From Ruditapes philippinarum (Eukaryota): 64,000 bases of DNA. The notes beneath the pieces were generated by a model that was given only the letters and a program-made list of their open reading frames with translations, searched no databases and was not told the origin of the DNA. The number at the start of each line of letters is the position of its first letter. The first letter of the stretch is position 1. This document shows positions 38,801 to 51,107 of the stretch, one piece after another. The position numbers and the translations under genes are program-made. The DNA is taken from contig NW_026862342.1 of NCBI RefSeq assembly GCF_026571515.1, positions 1 through 64,000 of the forward strand, given 5' to 3'.

Positions 38801-39670
38801 TGGTCTAAATCTCGGTAAAAGATGAATTCTGCATCTAAAACTGTATGTACATACCAAATATCATGACTGTATATCTATTAACAAAAACGCAAGTCATTAG
38901 CTTAAAATTTTTGTCAACTCGTGTCAATGTTCAGTTCTAAATCTGAAAGTCTGCATATAGTCCAAAATTTAAAGTTGTAGCTTAAAATATAAAAAGGAAG
39001 TCAGTGGATCAAAATCTAAAGTCAGCTGAGTTCTATTTTGCATCTGCAAATGTACAGCTAGTCTTAATTTCATAGATGTAGCTTTGAATACTTTTAGGTA
39101 GCTCACGAGGTCATGACAGAATATCTAAGCTCCTGACTGTGCTGGAGAAGAGTTAAGTTCCAACTTAATCCATACAAGGAAAGTCAATGACCTAGGGTGA
39201 GGCCAATTTTGACCTTAATTTGAGGAAGATTACACACCAAATATCTAACCTCGGACTTTTGCGGTTTATGTCGCTTATGAGAACAAGGTTTTTCAAAGTT
39301 CTTTCTATTTTTTGTTTTTGTTTGTTATGGAAAAAAAAGTAAGTAAATAATTTTGCATTTTACCATTAATTTGTTTATGTGCCAATATACATCCAGGTGT
39401 TTTCGTTTTCATTGGCGCCTTGGTGACAAAACATAATTGACAGAGGAGAAATCTTCTCTTGTAGACCATAACGTTGGTAGTTTCCAGGTTGTTTTCGTAA
39501 AGCTTTAAACAATCCTGAAGACTGTATCCTGTTACAGGTGTCAGGCAAGGTGTTGTATCTAGCTCGTAATTAAAGTAAATCTCAGGTTCACTATCCGCTG
39601 ATATAAAATTACAAATATTCATGAAACAAATCAAAACACGAATGGACGACATCCCGATCATTATGTTCAT
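35886..39670 (-). CDS. Secreted F-type lectin (fucolectin/FTP domain), ~253 aa; exons 39364-39670, 37169-37423, 35886-36085
   Basis: Signal-peptide-like N-terminus, Cys-rich segment, then NLA..KPSSQSST, AVDG, CSHT, WWMVNL, NRGDCC|AERL, LTLCEV.VY with the fucose-binding H..RxDxxxxR motif. Both introns GT-AG, phase 1. Confidence 0.88.
36185..36675. repeat. Inverted pair of ~21-bp arrays with palindromic CTCGTG(GC/CG)C(G)ACGAG-type cores (MITE-like)
   Basis: 36185-36390 mirrors 36520-36675; relatives at 32635-32760, 59540-59660 and 60560-61200. Confidence 0.6.
38640..39303. repeat. Degenerate tandem array (HINE-internal satellite-like) in the lectin intron
   Basis: Recurrent TCTGCATCTAAAA..TACATA.CCAAA.TTCA..GTAGCT units; paralog at 63437-64000. 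Confidence 0.5.
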
Positions 39671-40727
39671 CCGTTTATTGCATAACTGAATTTTTTATAT
39701 TGAGATTTATGTTTTCAAACACTGGAAAACCTTTGTTTTCCATGAAATATAAAATCTTTACGTTTTTTTATTACATTACGCAAGTGTTATATAATGGTCA
39801 CTTTTTTCTTTGTTAATCGAATGTTCATCTGAACTCGTTTCATAAATTCCGTTCCGTCAAACGACAACTAATGTCAGAATTCATATGTATTGATTGTGAG
39901 AAAAGCACTTTACATGCTGTTTGAATAATTAAAATGTTTTATCAGTTATTTCTTGTTTTCGTTTGGGTAGATAATTGGTTGGGAAACATGTAAAATTAAA
40001 ATATTTATCGCCAATGAATAAAGATAACAATCAGGAGAAACACTGTTGTATAAATATATCATAATAGTAATAGCTTAAGTTTTATAGAACCGTATATGTC
40101 AATTCAACTCAACTTAGGCAATCGGCATTTATACATAAAACAATGCCATTGGTCAAACAATCGATACAGCATGGACATGTGGAAACAACATAATCAAAAT
40201 CATGTTCAAGAGTTCAAGGTAAGAGTTCATATATTACAAATTAATATGTACTGGTAATAAAATATATGTAATTTATATAACATATCATCAATTAAGGCAG
40301 CATGCCTCCAGATTCATGATAATAGTGTGAAGTAGTGTTGAATGAATTGTGCGACCGAAAATGCGTAGTTTTAAGTGAGAAGTAATGTGTATGAAAAGTG
40401 TGCAGCCGCCGATGGGTTTAATAAATTGGACATAATATTGAAATTCACTATAAATTATGTCAAAAAGCTCGCTTTGAGGCTTTCCCTTATTCAAATTTAT
40501 ATTAATAAACTATATACTTTTTACATAGTTTAAAACTGGGAAAAACCGTCTGTCATTACAAACGATGATGACTACCTCTCGAGTAACAGTTTTATATTAA
40601 CTCGGTAGAGCCTCGTTAACACCGTACACAGTAACCCTCATGCAAGATATTCCGGTTTGTACCGTCAGACGTTGTAAGATCCTTATAGTATTTCTCTTGT
40701 CGTGTAATATAAAAATCTGAAAATAAA

Positions 40728-40791
<64 letters not shown>

Positions 40792-40847
40792 GTCATCATC
40801 ATCATCATCATTACTTATGATTATAATTATAATTATAATAATAATAA
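40728..40847. repeat. Compound trinucleotide microsatellite (ATT)n(ATC)n
   Basis: Directly visible. Confidence 0.95.
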
Positions 40848-40864
40848 AACGAAGCCTTAAAGAG

Positions 40865-41400
40865 AACACTTTGACAGAAGTCAATATCTCCCACATGCAT
40901 TATATTTATTTATTAAACATTATAGAAACGTTCACAACCATGAGACATATTGCCCCACACATGGCAAAGGTCTCTAGGTCAATAAATGCAAGGTCATAGT
41001 GAGTAAAGATAATAAAATATACAGATATTGTCCAGAGCATATCTCCTACATGCATGGAGGAATTTTAATGTTGCTTTATAGACTTGTTAACCCACATGGA
41101 ACGTTGGAACGAAGTGCCTTGTGCATGAAACAGGTCTTTAGGTCAAAGGTCAAGGTCACACTTATATAGCTTTGAAATTTCTACATGCATTGGGGAATTT
41201 AAATAAAACTTTTGCACACATTTTTCTCATTGTATGCAAAATATTCAGGTCCCTCCAGCCAAGGTCAAGGTCAAATATAGAGGTAAAACTTCAGATAAAA
41301 TTATGAAAATATATAAAGTGACAAACTTGCTTGCTATACTTCTTATCGCTCTAACATCTCCACCTAAAGCTTTTGTGACGGGCGTTTTATTGTGATAATG
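40865..41400. repeat. HINE-like satellite units
   Basis: Repeated GGTCAAAGGTCAAGGTCA and ATCTCC.ACATGCAT motifs at roughly 150-bp spacing. Confidence 0.5.
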
Positions 41401-42524
41401 TCAGCCTGTTTCTTATCGTAGCAGATGAATTTTACAACTCATTCATTAAGGCAGAGATGTTACCAATGTCTCTGATTCAGGCAATCCTAAGAACGCAATT
41501 TATGCATTCTTACATAAGGTTGTCAGACAGGTTTTCAGCATCGTTTTAAACCTGTAGAAAGAAAACTACGAGAAGTCTTATAGCAGCTGTGGAAGAATTG
41601 TTTAATTGTTCAAATGGCGGGAAAGTAAGAATTTCTGATTGGTCGATTACATCTGCGAAAGATCGCAACATATCGGCTATTTCCGTCAGTATCCGGTTAA
41701 GCTAAGCTCTAACTAGGAATAATTTGCAAGGTATTTTGAAATATGATGGAGCAGCAAATTTTCGGTACACGGTTCACTCGGTCATATAATAGTGCCTGGT
41801 GATATTGTAACTATAGTGTTACTATTTTTTCGAAACAGGAACTAATAAATCTCTATTCAAAAAGCGGTAAATCATAATTTTACAGTTTGTTTGATTAAAA
41901 ACAGAATGAACAACTCTTCGTAGTGTTAAATATAACGTAAACAGTATTTTTCGATTTTTCCTTTTACCTCTTTGTTCACCTCGATCTTAATTTTTCGTTT
42001 TAGTAAAGTATTGTGAAGCGGAGCATGCGCATCAAAATTTTTAAAGACTGGTTCTGATGATTTTAGGCTTTAATTGACATTCATTAATTTCAATTTGATA
42101 TGCAAAAAAGGATGACGCCAGAAAACATTCTAAACACTGAAGATGTCTGATAACCTCACAAAATATCCGTCTGGTATGCAAGAAAACGAGTTGCCGACAA
42201 GTAACGCAACACGCTACGCCAAATGACGAAGAAAACCCGCTATGCAACTGGATGAAGACAACACGCTACGCGACAAGATAAAGATACACACTACACTACA
42301 CGACACGACGAAGACAACACTCTACGCGACACAATGCAGTCAAACACTACGACGTTATTTCCTGTATGCATAACATAGTTTAAAATAAGACATTAAGAAG
42401 ATAAATATATGATTTATAAAAATAAACAGAAACTCCTTGAAAAAGAGGGGTTTAACCCCTGTAACGTTGGAGATAGAAAAGTTTGTGTAGTAGATAATTA
42501 TTAATTAACTGTTTCCAGATTGAA

Positions 42525-42614
42525 TTTTAACGTTTTAGAATGACATTCAAAAATAGTTCCACAAATATTGATTCGAATAATACCTTCTCCAGATAAACAC
42601 TCAGTCGTCGCCAT
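42525..42614 (-). pseudogene. Truncated first ~30 codons of the Kv channel gene at the duplication boundary
   Basis: MATTECLSGEGIIRINICGTIFECHSKTLK matches 12917-13006; homology ends abruptly at ~42525. Confidence 0.8.
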
Positions 42615-43784
42615 AGCAATTGAATTGAAGGAATAAAGCTTTTACGTTTTATAAACGGAACAAAAATAATTCATGTAATTTCAGTTTGTACACCAGTACT
42701 TAGTATCAAGCTGATCACGAGATACATTAGTGGATAAGAAACTAAATAGTGCCTGTTATATCATCTCTTTTATTATCGGATATTTTCGTAACGTCAAAGT
42801 ATTGTTATAAATTATGCAAAGTTACACATTGCAAAACAGTATATATTGAATGTCAGTGGTGCCCTTTAAATGAGCTTTTAACGATGCTGTCAAAAGTCAT
42901 TTACATGTTTTGTATAATGCTGTGCAAATCTACTGAATATTATACACGAGAAAAACATAAAATGAGAATGAGTCCATATCCCTAATATAAATTTGCAATT
43001 TAGATAGCAGACTGTCTGACTTTCTTATTATATTGTAAATCATATCTCTAATATGCATTCCTATCTTGTTCCTGTCCTCGTTTACAATTCGGAGAGGCAA
43101 AACAAAGCTCAAACAGTCCACGAGAATCATATTATTTGTTCTTTTTAACTGACAATTTCAATACAGAATCCATGTAAAAGTGTTATGCATTTATTTTTAA
43201 AATTCATTTCCAAACACCAAGCTCGCTGTACTTTGTAGACGCCTGGATTTCATGTCATTTTCTTTTTAACTGATTTCAGTCCTTACCATGCTCGAGCAGA
43301 AATATTTTCCTTTTCTGTACAGTCTACCCAGGCTCTATACTGATGGCAGCACAATTTTTGTATTTACAAAACATGTATGCAGAAAACATGTCGCTAATGT
43401 AAGTACTTGAATATATGGACGATGATGATGATCACAGAACAATTGCCGACTATATTTTCCACATTGATGAAGCAACATCAATGAAATTGCCATATTTCTG
43501 TGTATTATATTAATATTTATCTTTAACCCTTACCCTGCAGGCGGTTACTGATTCTATCTATGCGACCACTGCAGCTAAAGACCACCCGGCACATCATAGT
43601 CTGTGATGTTCGCTATTTCGTTAGTATATGTTTTGAAAGTTTCTCCTAAATGATCAATGGTGTTGTATTTGTATGAATATAGGCTGTACTATTTTTGTTG
43701 TTTGTTACGGTCAAAACTATAATTGTATGCATATAGCCAGACCCTTATTGTAAAATAATAGAACCGCTCTTGTATAATTGTTGC

Positions 43785-43950
43785 CAGAACTGTAAATGTA
43801 TGTTTATTATCTGAACTGTAAATGTATGTTTATTGACAGAACTGTAAATGTATGTTTATTATCAGAACTGTAAATATGTATGTTTATTAACAGAACTGTA
43901 AATGTATATTTGTTATCAGAACTGTAAGTGTATGTTTATTCTCAGAACTT
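43785..43950. repeat. ~26-bp tandem repeat CAGAACTGTAAATGTATGTTTATTAT, about 6 units
   Basis: Directly visible, inside a ~1.5-kb segment absent from copy 1. Confidence 0.85.
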
Positions 43951-45234
43951 AAATAACATATATTATTTATTATTACGTGATTTCTTGATGCATGCTTTGA
44001 AATATGTATATGTATATGTAATAGAAAGAGCATCGAAACACGAGGCTATCTGATTTGTAAGAGGAGGCGTAGCCGCCGAGTATTAATCGGATTGCTGAGT
44101 GTCTTGATGTTCTTTCTCTTTTGTATCATAGTCAAACATAAAAACACGTTCCCTGTTGTCACAATATGACACCCCGGGAAAAAGTATCCAATGAACGAGC
44201 ATCTGAATATGATATTTCTGTCGCTTTTCCTTTCTCTTCCGTCACAATAAGTAAGCCCAAGCAAAAATGAGCCAATCAATGGGTATGCTCTGGAGTGCGG
44301 GTAACTAATACCTGTACTGCAGTTAACGCACTGTGCATGTATACGTATACGATTTAACTCTGACACATTTTAAACAAAAAGGTCCCCAAACTATGATTCA
44401 ATAATATAATGGTATGTTTTGCGCCCATTTTAGAAATAAAGTATATGCTCTGTTATGTTCTATATAAAACCTAAAATCTTATAACCGAAAATGATTGAAG
44501 GGTAAAATCACAGTTTGCTTCCCCGACGGAGAAACATGACAATTAAACACATAATCGCATTTATACCGAATGTAATGAAATAATACGAGAGTATTACTGT
44601 AAAATCTACGAATACCTACATATGAAAATTAGGTATATCGAGTGATATGTGTGAATATATTTTTACCAAGTATTTATCACTGATTAATCGTTACAACGTA
44701 ATTATGTTTACAAGTGTAAAAGTTTATTCACAATTCATCCAGAAGGTCTTAGATCCATGTAGCAAAACATACAGTTGACTCTCGGTAACTCGAAATCCAA
44801 GGGACTGGGCATTTAACTTCGAGACAAACGGAATTCGAGTAACGTGGAACTACCACCATTACATGTATATACATGTGCCTGATTGAATGTATATACAAAT
44901 ATGGAGGCCAAGGTACATGTATCACAAGTACGAGTATCAAATTTACACATTATTGGTTATTTTAAGTAAACAAAAAGGGAACATTTAGTTCGAAAACGAA
45001 AGTAACAAAATGTGACATGTGGATACATTTTTCTTTTAGCAAGAAATAACTATACTCGTATATATCCATATGCATGACTATTTCACAAGGATAAGAATAA
45101 CAATAAAACACTTGATGAAAATAGTATCACATGTACTTACAAATATAATTTTTTCAAATATGACTTTTCACATATTATTATTAATATATAACTGACTTGC
45201 TCTTCATGTAACAGCTTTTTCAATGTACATACTT

Positions 45235-46145
45235 AGATTTTTCGCAATTCGTTTATTTTCTGAATTCATTAAATCAATAAATTTTTGCATATTTGAGCGA
45301 TTAACATAATAATTTGGTATAGAAAGTTTCCTTAAATCCTCAAATCACTGTAAAAAGTACATTCCAGAACAAAATGATATTCATCTTCTAACTTGTCACA
45401 AAAATACATTTCCTTTCATTTATATGTGTATTTTTAGGTCTTGTTCACCGACCTGTTTCAATAAAAAGCCTATGCGAGCAAACTCGCAGGCGAGACATAC
45501 ATACACGCAATTTTCGTACACTTAAAAAATTAAAGTATGGTTGAAATCTATGGTTTGATATATACCTGCAAGAGAGAGATTGCTCTGCTAAAGTCATTTA
45601 ATCTACCAGACCAATTTGGTAAAAACTGATCTTTAAGTCTTTGCTTAACATTTATAAAGAACAATTTAGGATCACCATTACTTTGGAAAAGCCAAACTTC
45701 ATTAAAACCACGTATACATAATAAATCTCTTAACAATAAGCACCGATTTTTTCTGGAAGGATTATCTGTGATATCTAGTTTAAGAAATAATTTATATTTT
45801 TCTACTATACTTGTTTTCATCTGATTGTAACAACTTGATCCAGAAATATAATATCGCATATTTTACAAAGGCAATCTTCCCAACTTCCCATAAATAAAAC
45901 CATTCTGTATATTCTTTTTAACTCCCAATATACATTTACAGAAATTCATATGAATTCGTTCCACAGATTTGCCTTGATAAATGTAATGTGAAAACAAGCA
46001 AGTAAATTTCTACGTCTTTAAAAACAGATTATCCATTGCCTGTGTTAACGATCTGCCAGAAGCTTTTAGAATATAACGTCATACAAATTGCATATCAGCT
46101 CATTATCTTTGCTTTTTAGGCAAAACATTCATTTATCGCTATTTT
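45235..46145 (-). pseudogene. Uninterrupted decayed LINE (RTE-X-like) containing the empty transposon site
   Basis: ORF 45548-45859 (LLRDLL..GFNEVWLFQ..KLFFINVKQRLKDQF..NWSGRL) reads through the site. Confidence 0.75.
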
Positions 46146-47829
46146 ACTGAATTGCAAGGACCTTTTCTCGCGAAAAAATTATGGAAAGAAAAATACAGTA
46201 AATTAATTAGTATTCATTGATATTCTTACAAACATTTCAATTTCGTAGCATCTCGCAAATGCACGTTTGCCTTCAGGTCACAAACAAATAAGCACAAAGC
46301 TGTGAGACAGTTGCCTTGTCGCAGCTATAAGACGTTGATTCCAAGATGCAGGTGTCCAAGGTTGTATTTATATAAAAATAAAGTTCGGTATGCACTGTAC
46401 CATAACCATATTAACTCTGACCAAAACTGATGGTGCTGAAAGTGGGACGGGTAAATACATCCTGTAGACAGGGGTGAACTTAACATGACTTTAAGTTTAA
46501 GGCAGGAATAAAAATCATTTTACCTTAACTTTGTTCATTTTTCCATAAAAGTACTTGTTTACTAGTATAGCCCTTTCCCGTAACTATGTTATCTCCCTTA
46601 GTGATGCGTTGATTACGTCCCCTGATATGACTTATTTTACTTCCGGGGACTACAAAAAGAAGAAATAAATCACTTTATTTTACTTCAACTCTGCTGTATT
46701 ATATTTTGTTTTTAAAAGTTACAAATAATGAATAATTAAATAATTTCATAGAAATCAGCGACAGATATAATTGATTATTTCAAACCATTTTATGTACGAT
46801 AAATACATAGTAACCAATTATTTCATTATTCAACACAACTGCGAAACGTATTATATGTTTTTTCCAGGCATGGTTGATTACTGTATGAAATGTATATTAT
46901 TTCAAAACGTCTATTCCTATTAAGATTGTAGACATTACTCTAACACCATTACGATATGCTCATTGCTCATTGTTTTGTAATTAAAATTGAAACATTTTAA
47001 AGATTGAATTGCTAAACTTCTTGTTGCTAAGTCGAGTGGGGGTTGCGTTCATTGAACGCCACATTTCCTTGTTGATCTTGTTTATCATATTCTATAATTC
47101 TTTACTAACAAGACAGTCACCTTGAAAATCGACAGTTTGGTATACTAAGAGTACACAATTTATGAGGCATTCGTACTTTAATACATTACAATTTTTGTTC
47201 ATGTTCAACACACAAAAAATGAGAGACAACGCAACCATTGATAACTATTAACCGTCAGACTTAAATGTGGCGTGACAGATCAGTTATTACATCAATACTT
47301 ACAAACTATAATCATAAAATATGAAAACTCATAAAATCAAATTTGAATTACGAAGAATATATTTAATGCTTGTCTAAATTCTGTTAAAATCCAAATAATG
47401 AAATGATCATGTTTTCAAAAAGTTTAAAATACACGATTGATTACTGATGTAGAAATAGTTTTATGACTTTCTATATTTTATATTTATGTGTTTTTATATC
47501 CTTGACATATAAATTTTTTCGTAACAAATAAAGTTACCTTCAAAATCTATTTAATCAGACAATATAAAAGAATGCTGCGTTTGACGATTATAAGTTTACA
47601 CTGGTAGTAAAATAAGTACAATGACGACAATGCATATCTATAGATAAATTAACAGCTTGGTAAAAAGTTGGTGTGCGGATTGGTGGACAGGAGTGACAGG
47701 TAACCTAACTGATGCCGTCTTAACTTTATGGTTTTAGCAAGTGCCAAATTATTTCGTTACAGCTGCGATGTGTACTTAATCGCACAGTTTCCTGTTACTT
47801 TTGTGACATCAAACATGAGTTGACACACG

Positions 47830-48270
47830 TTATTCTGACTGTTCACCTCTATAACTAGTAATATTCTTTTCAGTTTCATGCACTTTGACCTCATATAAAA
47901 GTCCAGGTGTAAGTTGTTCAGCCATTCTCTCCCAAATATACACTGCAATATTCTCTGCTGTGCTGACTTTATCTTTAAAATAGTCCACGTCTAAATCCAA
48001 ATTTTTATGATCAAGCGTTGACATAAACGCTTTTTCCATGCAAGCTTTCAGATCTGTAAGATTAAGCACCATTCCGGTCACAGGGTCAACAGGACCACGA
48101 AGAGTCACATCGACTTTATAGTTATGACCATGTCCGTTTGGATTATTACATTTACCAAATATTTTCTGATTTTCCTCGGCGGAGAGTTCTTTTGAATGAA
48201 GACGATGGCATGCGCTGAAACAATCACTACGGGAGATATAGACAATCGGTTGCTTCTTTCCGGGAAACAT
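47830..48270 (-). CDS. PTS: 6-pyruvoyl tetrahydropterin synthase, 146 aa, intronless CDS
   Basis: [59 protein letters not shown]: Zn-binding His residues and catalytic Cys/His/Glu present. Confidence 0.95.
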   Translation of the reverse strand: MFPGKKQPIVYISRSDCFSACHRLHSKELSAEENQKIFGKCNNPNGHGHNYKVDVTLRGPVDPVTGMVLNLTDLKACMEKAFMSTLDHKNLDLDVDYFKDKVSTAENIAVYIWERMAEQLTPGLLYEVKVHETEKNITSYRGEQSE

Positions 48271-49529
48271 TATTTCTTTGGTTTAAAATCTGAAAACATA
48301 TAATAGGAAAAAGTATCATACAAGTATCTTTAAGAATTTGTGGGATTGCAATAATGTATTACATGCATAATATCTACTTGGCATGTCACAAAAATGTGAA
48401 GAGACCCTTTCAATTAAAAACAGATTCAAATTCTTGCCCTTTAATGACGTCATGGGACATTGCCGATACAAAATAGTTATTCTTACTAATTTTACTCGTG
48501 TTAGATTCTCGAAATTTTGTTTAATTAAATAAGTAAAAATTAATAATAGGTTCAACATAATTATCATACGTCAGTTTCAATGCTAGGTCATGGTCACCTC
48601 TAAAGAAATAAATATGTCGCATTGTGTCACAGGCTCAACCAACAGAGCCTGTAACATTTTCATTTTTGCCATGTTGGACTTTCTTTAGTGATACTTATTT
48701 TCTCATTTTTACCACGCATATTTAAATCGTATATTTTTCTAACCACATCGCGATAGCTATCTTGTGTTTAAAAATCTATCACTGTTTCGGAAGTTCGAAA
48801 ACGGCAACATCAATGTCTTCATATAAGTATGATATTTCGTTTGGAAGTCTTTACTCTTTATTACACTTCTTAAACAAGCAAATACAAGATACTAGTAGAT
48901 TATGTATTTAGTTTAAGCATTATCAAACCCACGATGTTAAAACAATAAAAAAACGATAATAAAGATATTTGTATCCTTTTTAGAAAAGTAAATTACTAAA
49001 AGTAATAATTCTTAGTAATGTAAAAAAAACAACAAATACGTCGGTCAGTCTCGGATAAATTTCTCATAAAAGTGATATACTATATAAGTCATTTTAATGC
49101 ACAACAAACTATATAATACGTTTACTACAAAAATCATGTAGTGATTATTTTGAACTTAATATTATATTTTTGTAATTTATATTCTGCTTATTAAACATTC
49201 AAAGAAAGAAATTATAAAAAAAATCTATCAAAAGTACGGATAGGGGAACAAAAACGTACTCAGAAATTTCATTTATAGTTGAAGGTTTATGGATGTGAAA
49301 TCCTATATTATTAACAGTTGGTGCAGTAAGACACGTCCAATAAAGTTGCTTAGGATGGTCGTATTCGGATCATATAACAACAATTATAGTTAGTGATGTA
49401 ATCGTATGTAATGTTATAACGGTTTCATATGAATCATTAACTTTTATGATGTTACTCCGCTTATAAAATTTGTTAAGACTGATTCGTTGAAAATATAACA
49501 ATAAAAGAAATTAATTTGTTTTTGCCCTG

Positions 49530-50085
49530 GTCGTGTTGCATAGTATGTTGACTACGTCGTGTCGAGTAGTACTCTTCGTCGTGACCCATAGTTTGTACTC
49601 TTTGCTGTGACGCGCTGTGTATAGTCTTCGTCGTGATGCTTAGTGTGTTGTCTTCGTCGTGTCGCGTAGCATGTTGCCTTCGTCGTGTCGCGTAGCATAT
49701 TGCCTTTGTTGTGTCGTGTAGCATGTTGCCTTTGTCGTGTTGCGTAGTGTGTTGTCTTTATCCTGAAGCGAAATGTGCTGTTTTTTGTTGTGTCGTGCAG
49801 CGTGTTGACTTCGTCGTGTCGCGTAGTATGATGTTTTGTGTTGCCTTCGTAATGTTGTGTAGTGTGTTACCTTCGTCGTGTCAAGTAATGTGTAATCTTC
49901 GTCCTATCGCTTAGTGTATTGTCTTCGTCGTGTCATAAAGTGTGTTGTCTTTATCTTGCCGAGTAGCGTGTTGTCTTCATCTTGTTGCATAGCATGTTCT
50001 CTTTGTCGTGTCGCTTAATGTAACTCTTCGTCTTGCCGCATAGCGTCTTGTCTTCATCTTGTCGCTTAGCGCGTTTTCTTGCATA
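49530..50085. repeat. ~26-bp minisatellite, copy 2
   Basis: Same unit as 23945-24375. Confidence 0.9.
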
Positions 50086-50979
50086 TCAGACAGGATTATT
50101 AAATGTCAGCAGACATCATTTGAACTTTATGAATCTCATTTAAAGCCTAAATCATTAGAACCAGTACACAAAAAAGGTGTCTCAATTGAATCCATCTGTC
50201 GTAGTACATACATTCACTTAATATCAAATTTCGGGATTAATAACTCCATTTCGGGAAAGGGAAAAAGTAAAACAGGAACATACCATAATTTAATATTGAC
50301 TTGGTGTCTATTCCTGTTATTCTGTATTTTATTAATAAGTTGCTTATTTAGGTAATTAATTAGACTGTAATTGATCAAAACATGAACAGCATAAACATTT
50401 ACTTGAATCAGTCAAAACTTACGTACTTTTTGATGATTGTATACACGCGATGAGTCGCATTACAGGAAAAGTTTTTTTGCAAAACGTTGTGTTTGAATTG
50501 ATGATAAGCGGCAAGGGGTTTCGAATCTCAACTTGAATTGGATCCATAATAAGACATGAAACCAGAAAAAAAACTGATCCTAGGTGTGCTTCGAAAAGTA
50601 ATAGCGAAGTGACCTGCTGGTACTGATGTCCGGTTTGCTTAAAAAAAAACTGGATAGTTTACCAAATTAACCTTAAATGAAGAGCAGACAAAATTATCAA
50701 CTAAAATTTTGATGTACTTCCGAAAAAGAAAATTCAAAACCATCACTTTTGAAGATACTGGAGTTACTGTAGTGCTCGCTGTTTCATGTGTGGATATGAT
50801 TCCTATCTCAATATGGTTCCCATTCAAATTGAATATACATGCATTAAAATATTTGACTAAAATAGCTTTATAATAAGTACAATTTTAATAATAATAATAA
50901 TACCAATGATAAAAATCGTTATCTTTAGATATACCATGGTAAAGAACAAATAACATATATTCACTTATACATATCTACA

Positions 50980-51107
50980 AATACACACGCACACGCGCGC
51001 TCTCATAAACACATACATATACACACATACACGCACGCGCGCATACACACACAAACACACGCACACACACGCATGCACGCACGCACACACACACACACAC
51101 ACACACA
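50980..51107. repeat. (CA)n-rich microsatellite
   Basis: Directly visible; much longer than the paralogous tract at 25300-25330. Confidence 0.9.

Noticed and set aside
11417-39670. Kv, PTS and lectin as a functional gene cluster
   Set aside because: The only evidence is shared strand and co-duplication; no pathway link or shared regulatory motif is visible.
40597-40999. Poly-I/D/N ORFs
   Set aside because: They translate a trinucleotide microsatellite.
47830-48270. Bacterial queD / contamination
   Set aside because: The protein has animal-type PTS motifs ([27 protein letters not shown]) and sits in duplicated eukaryotic DNA with a splice acceptor.
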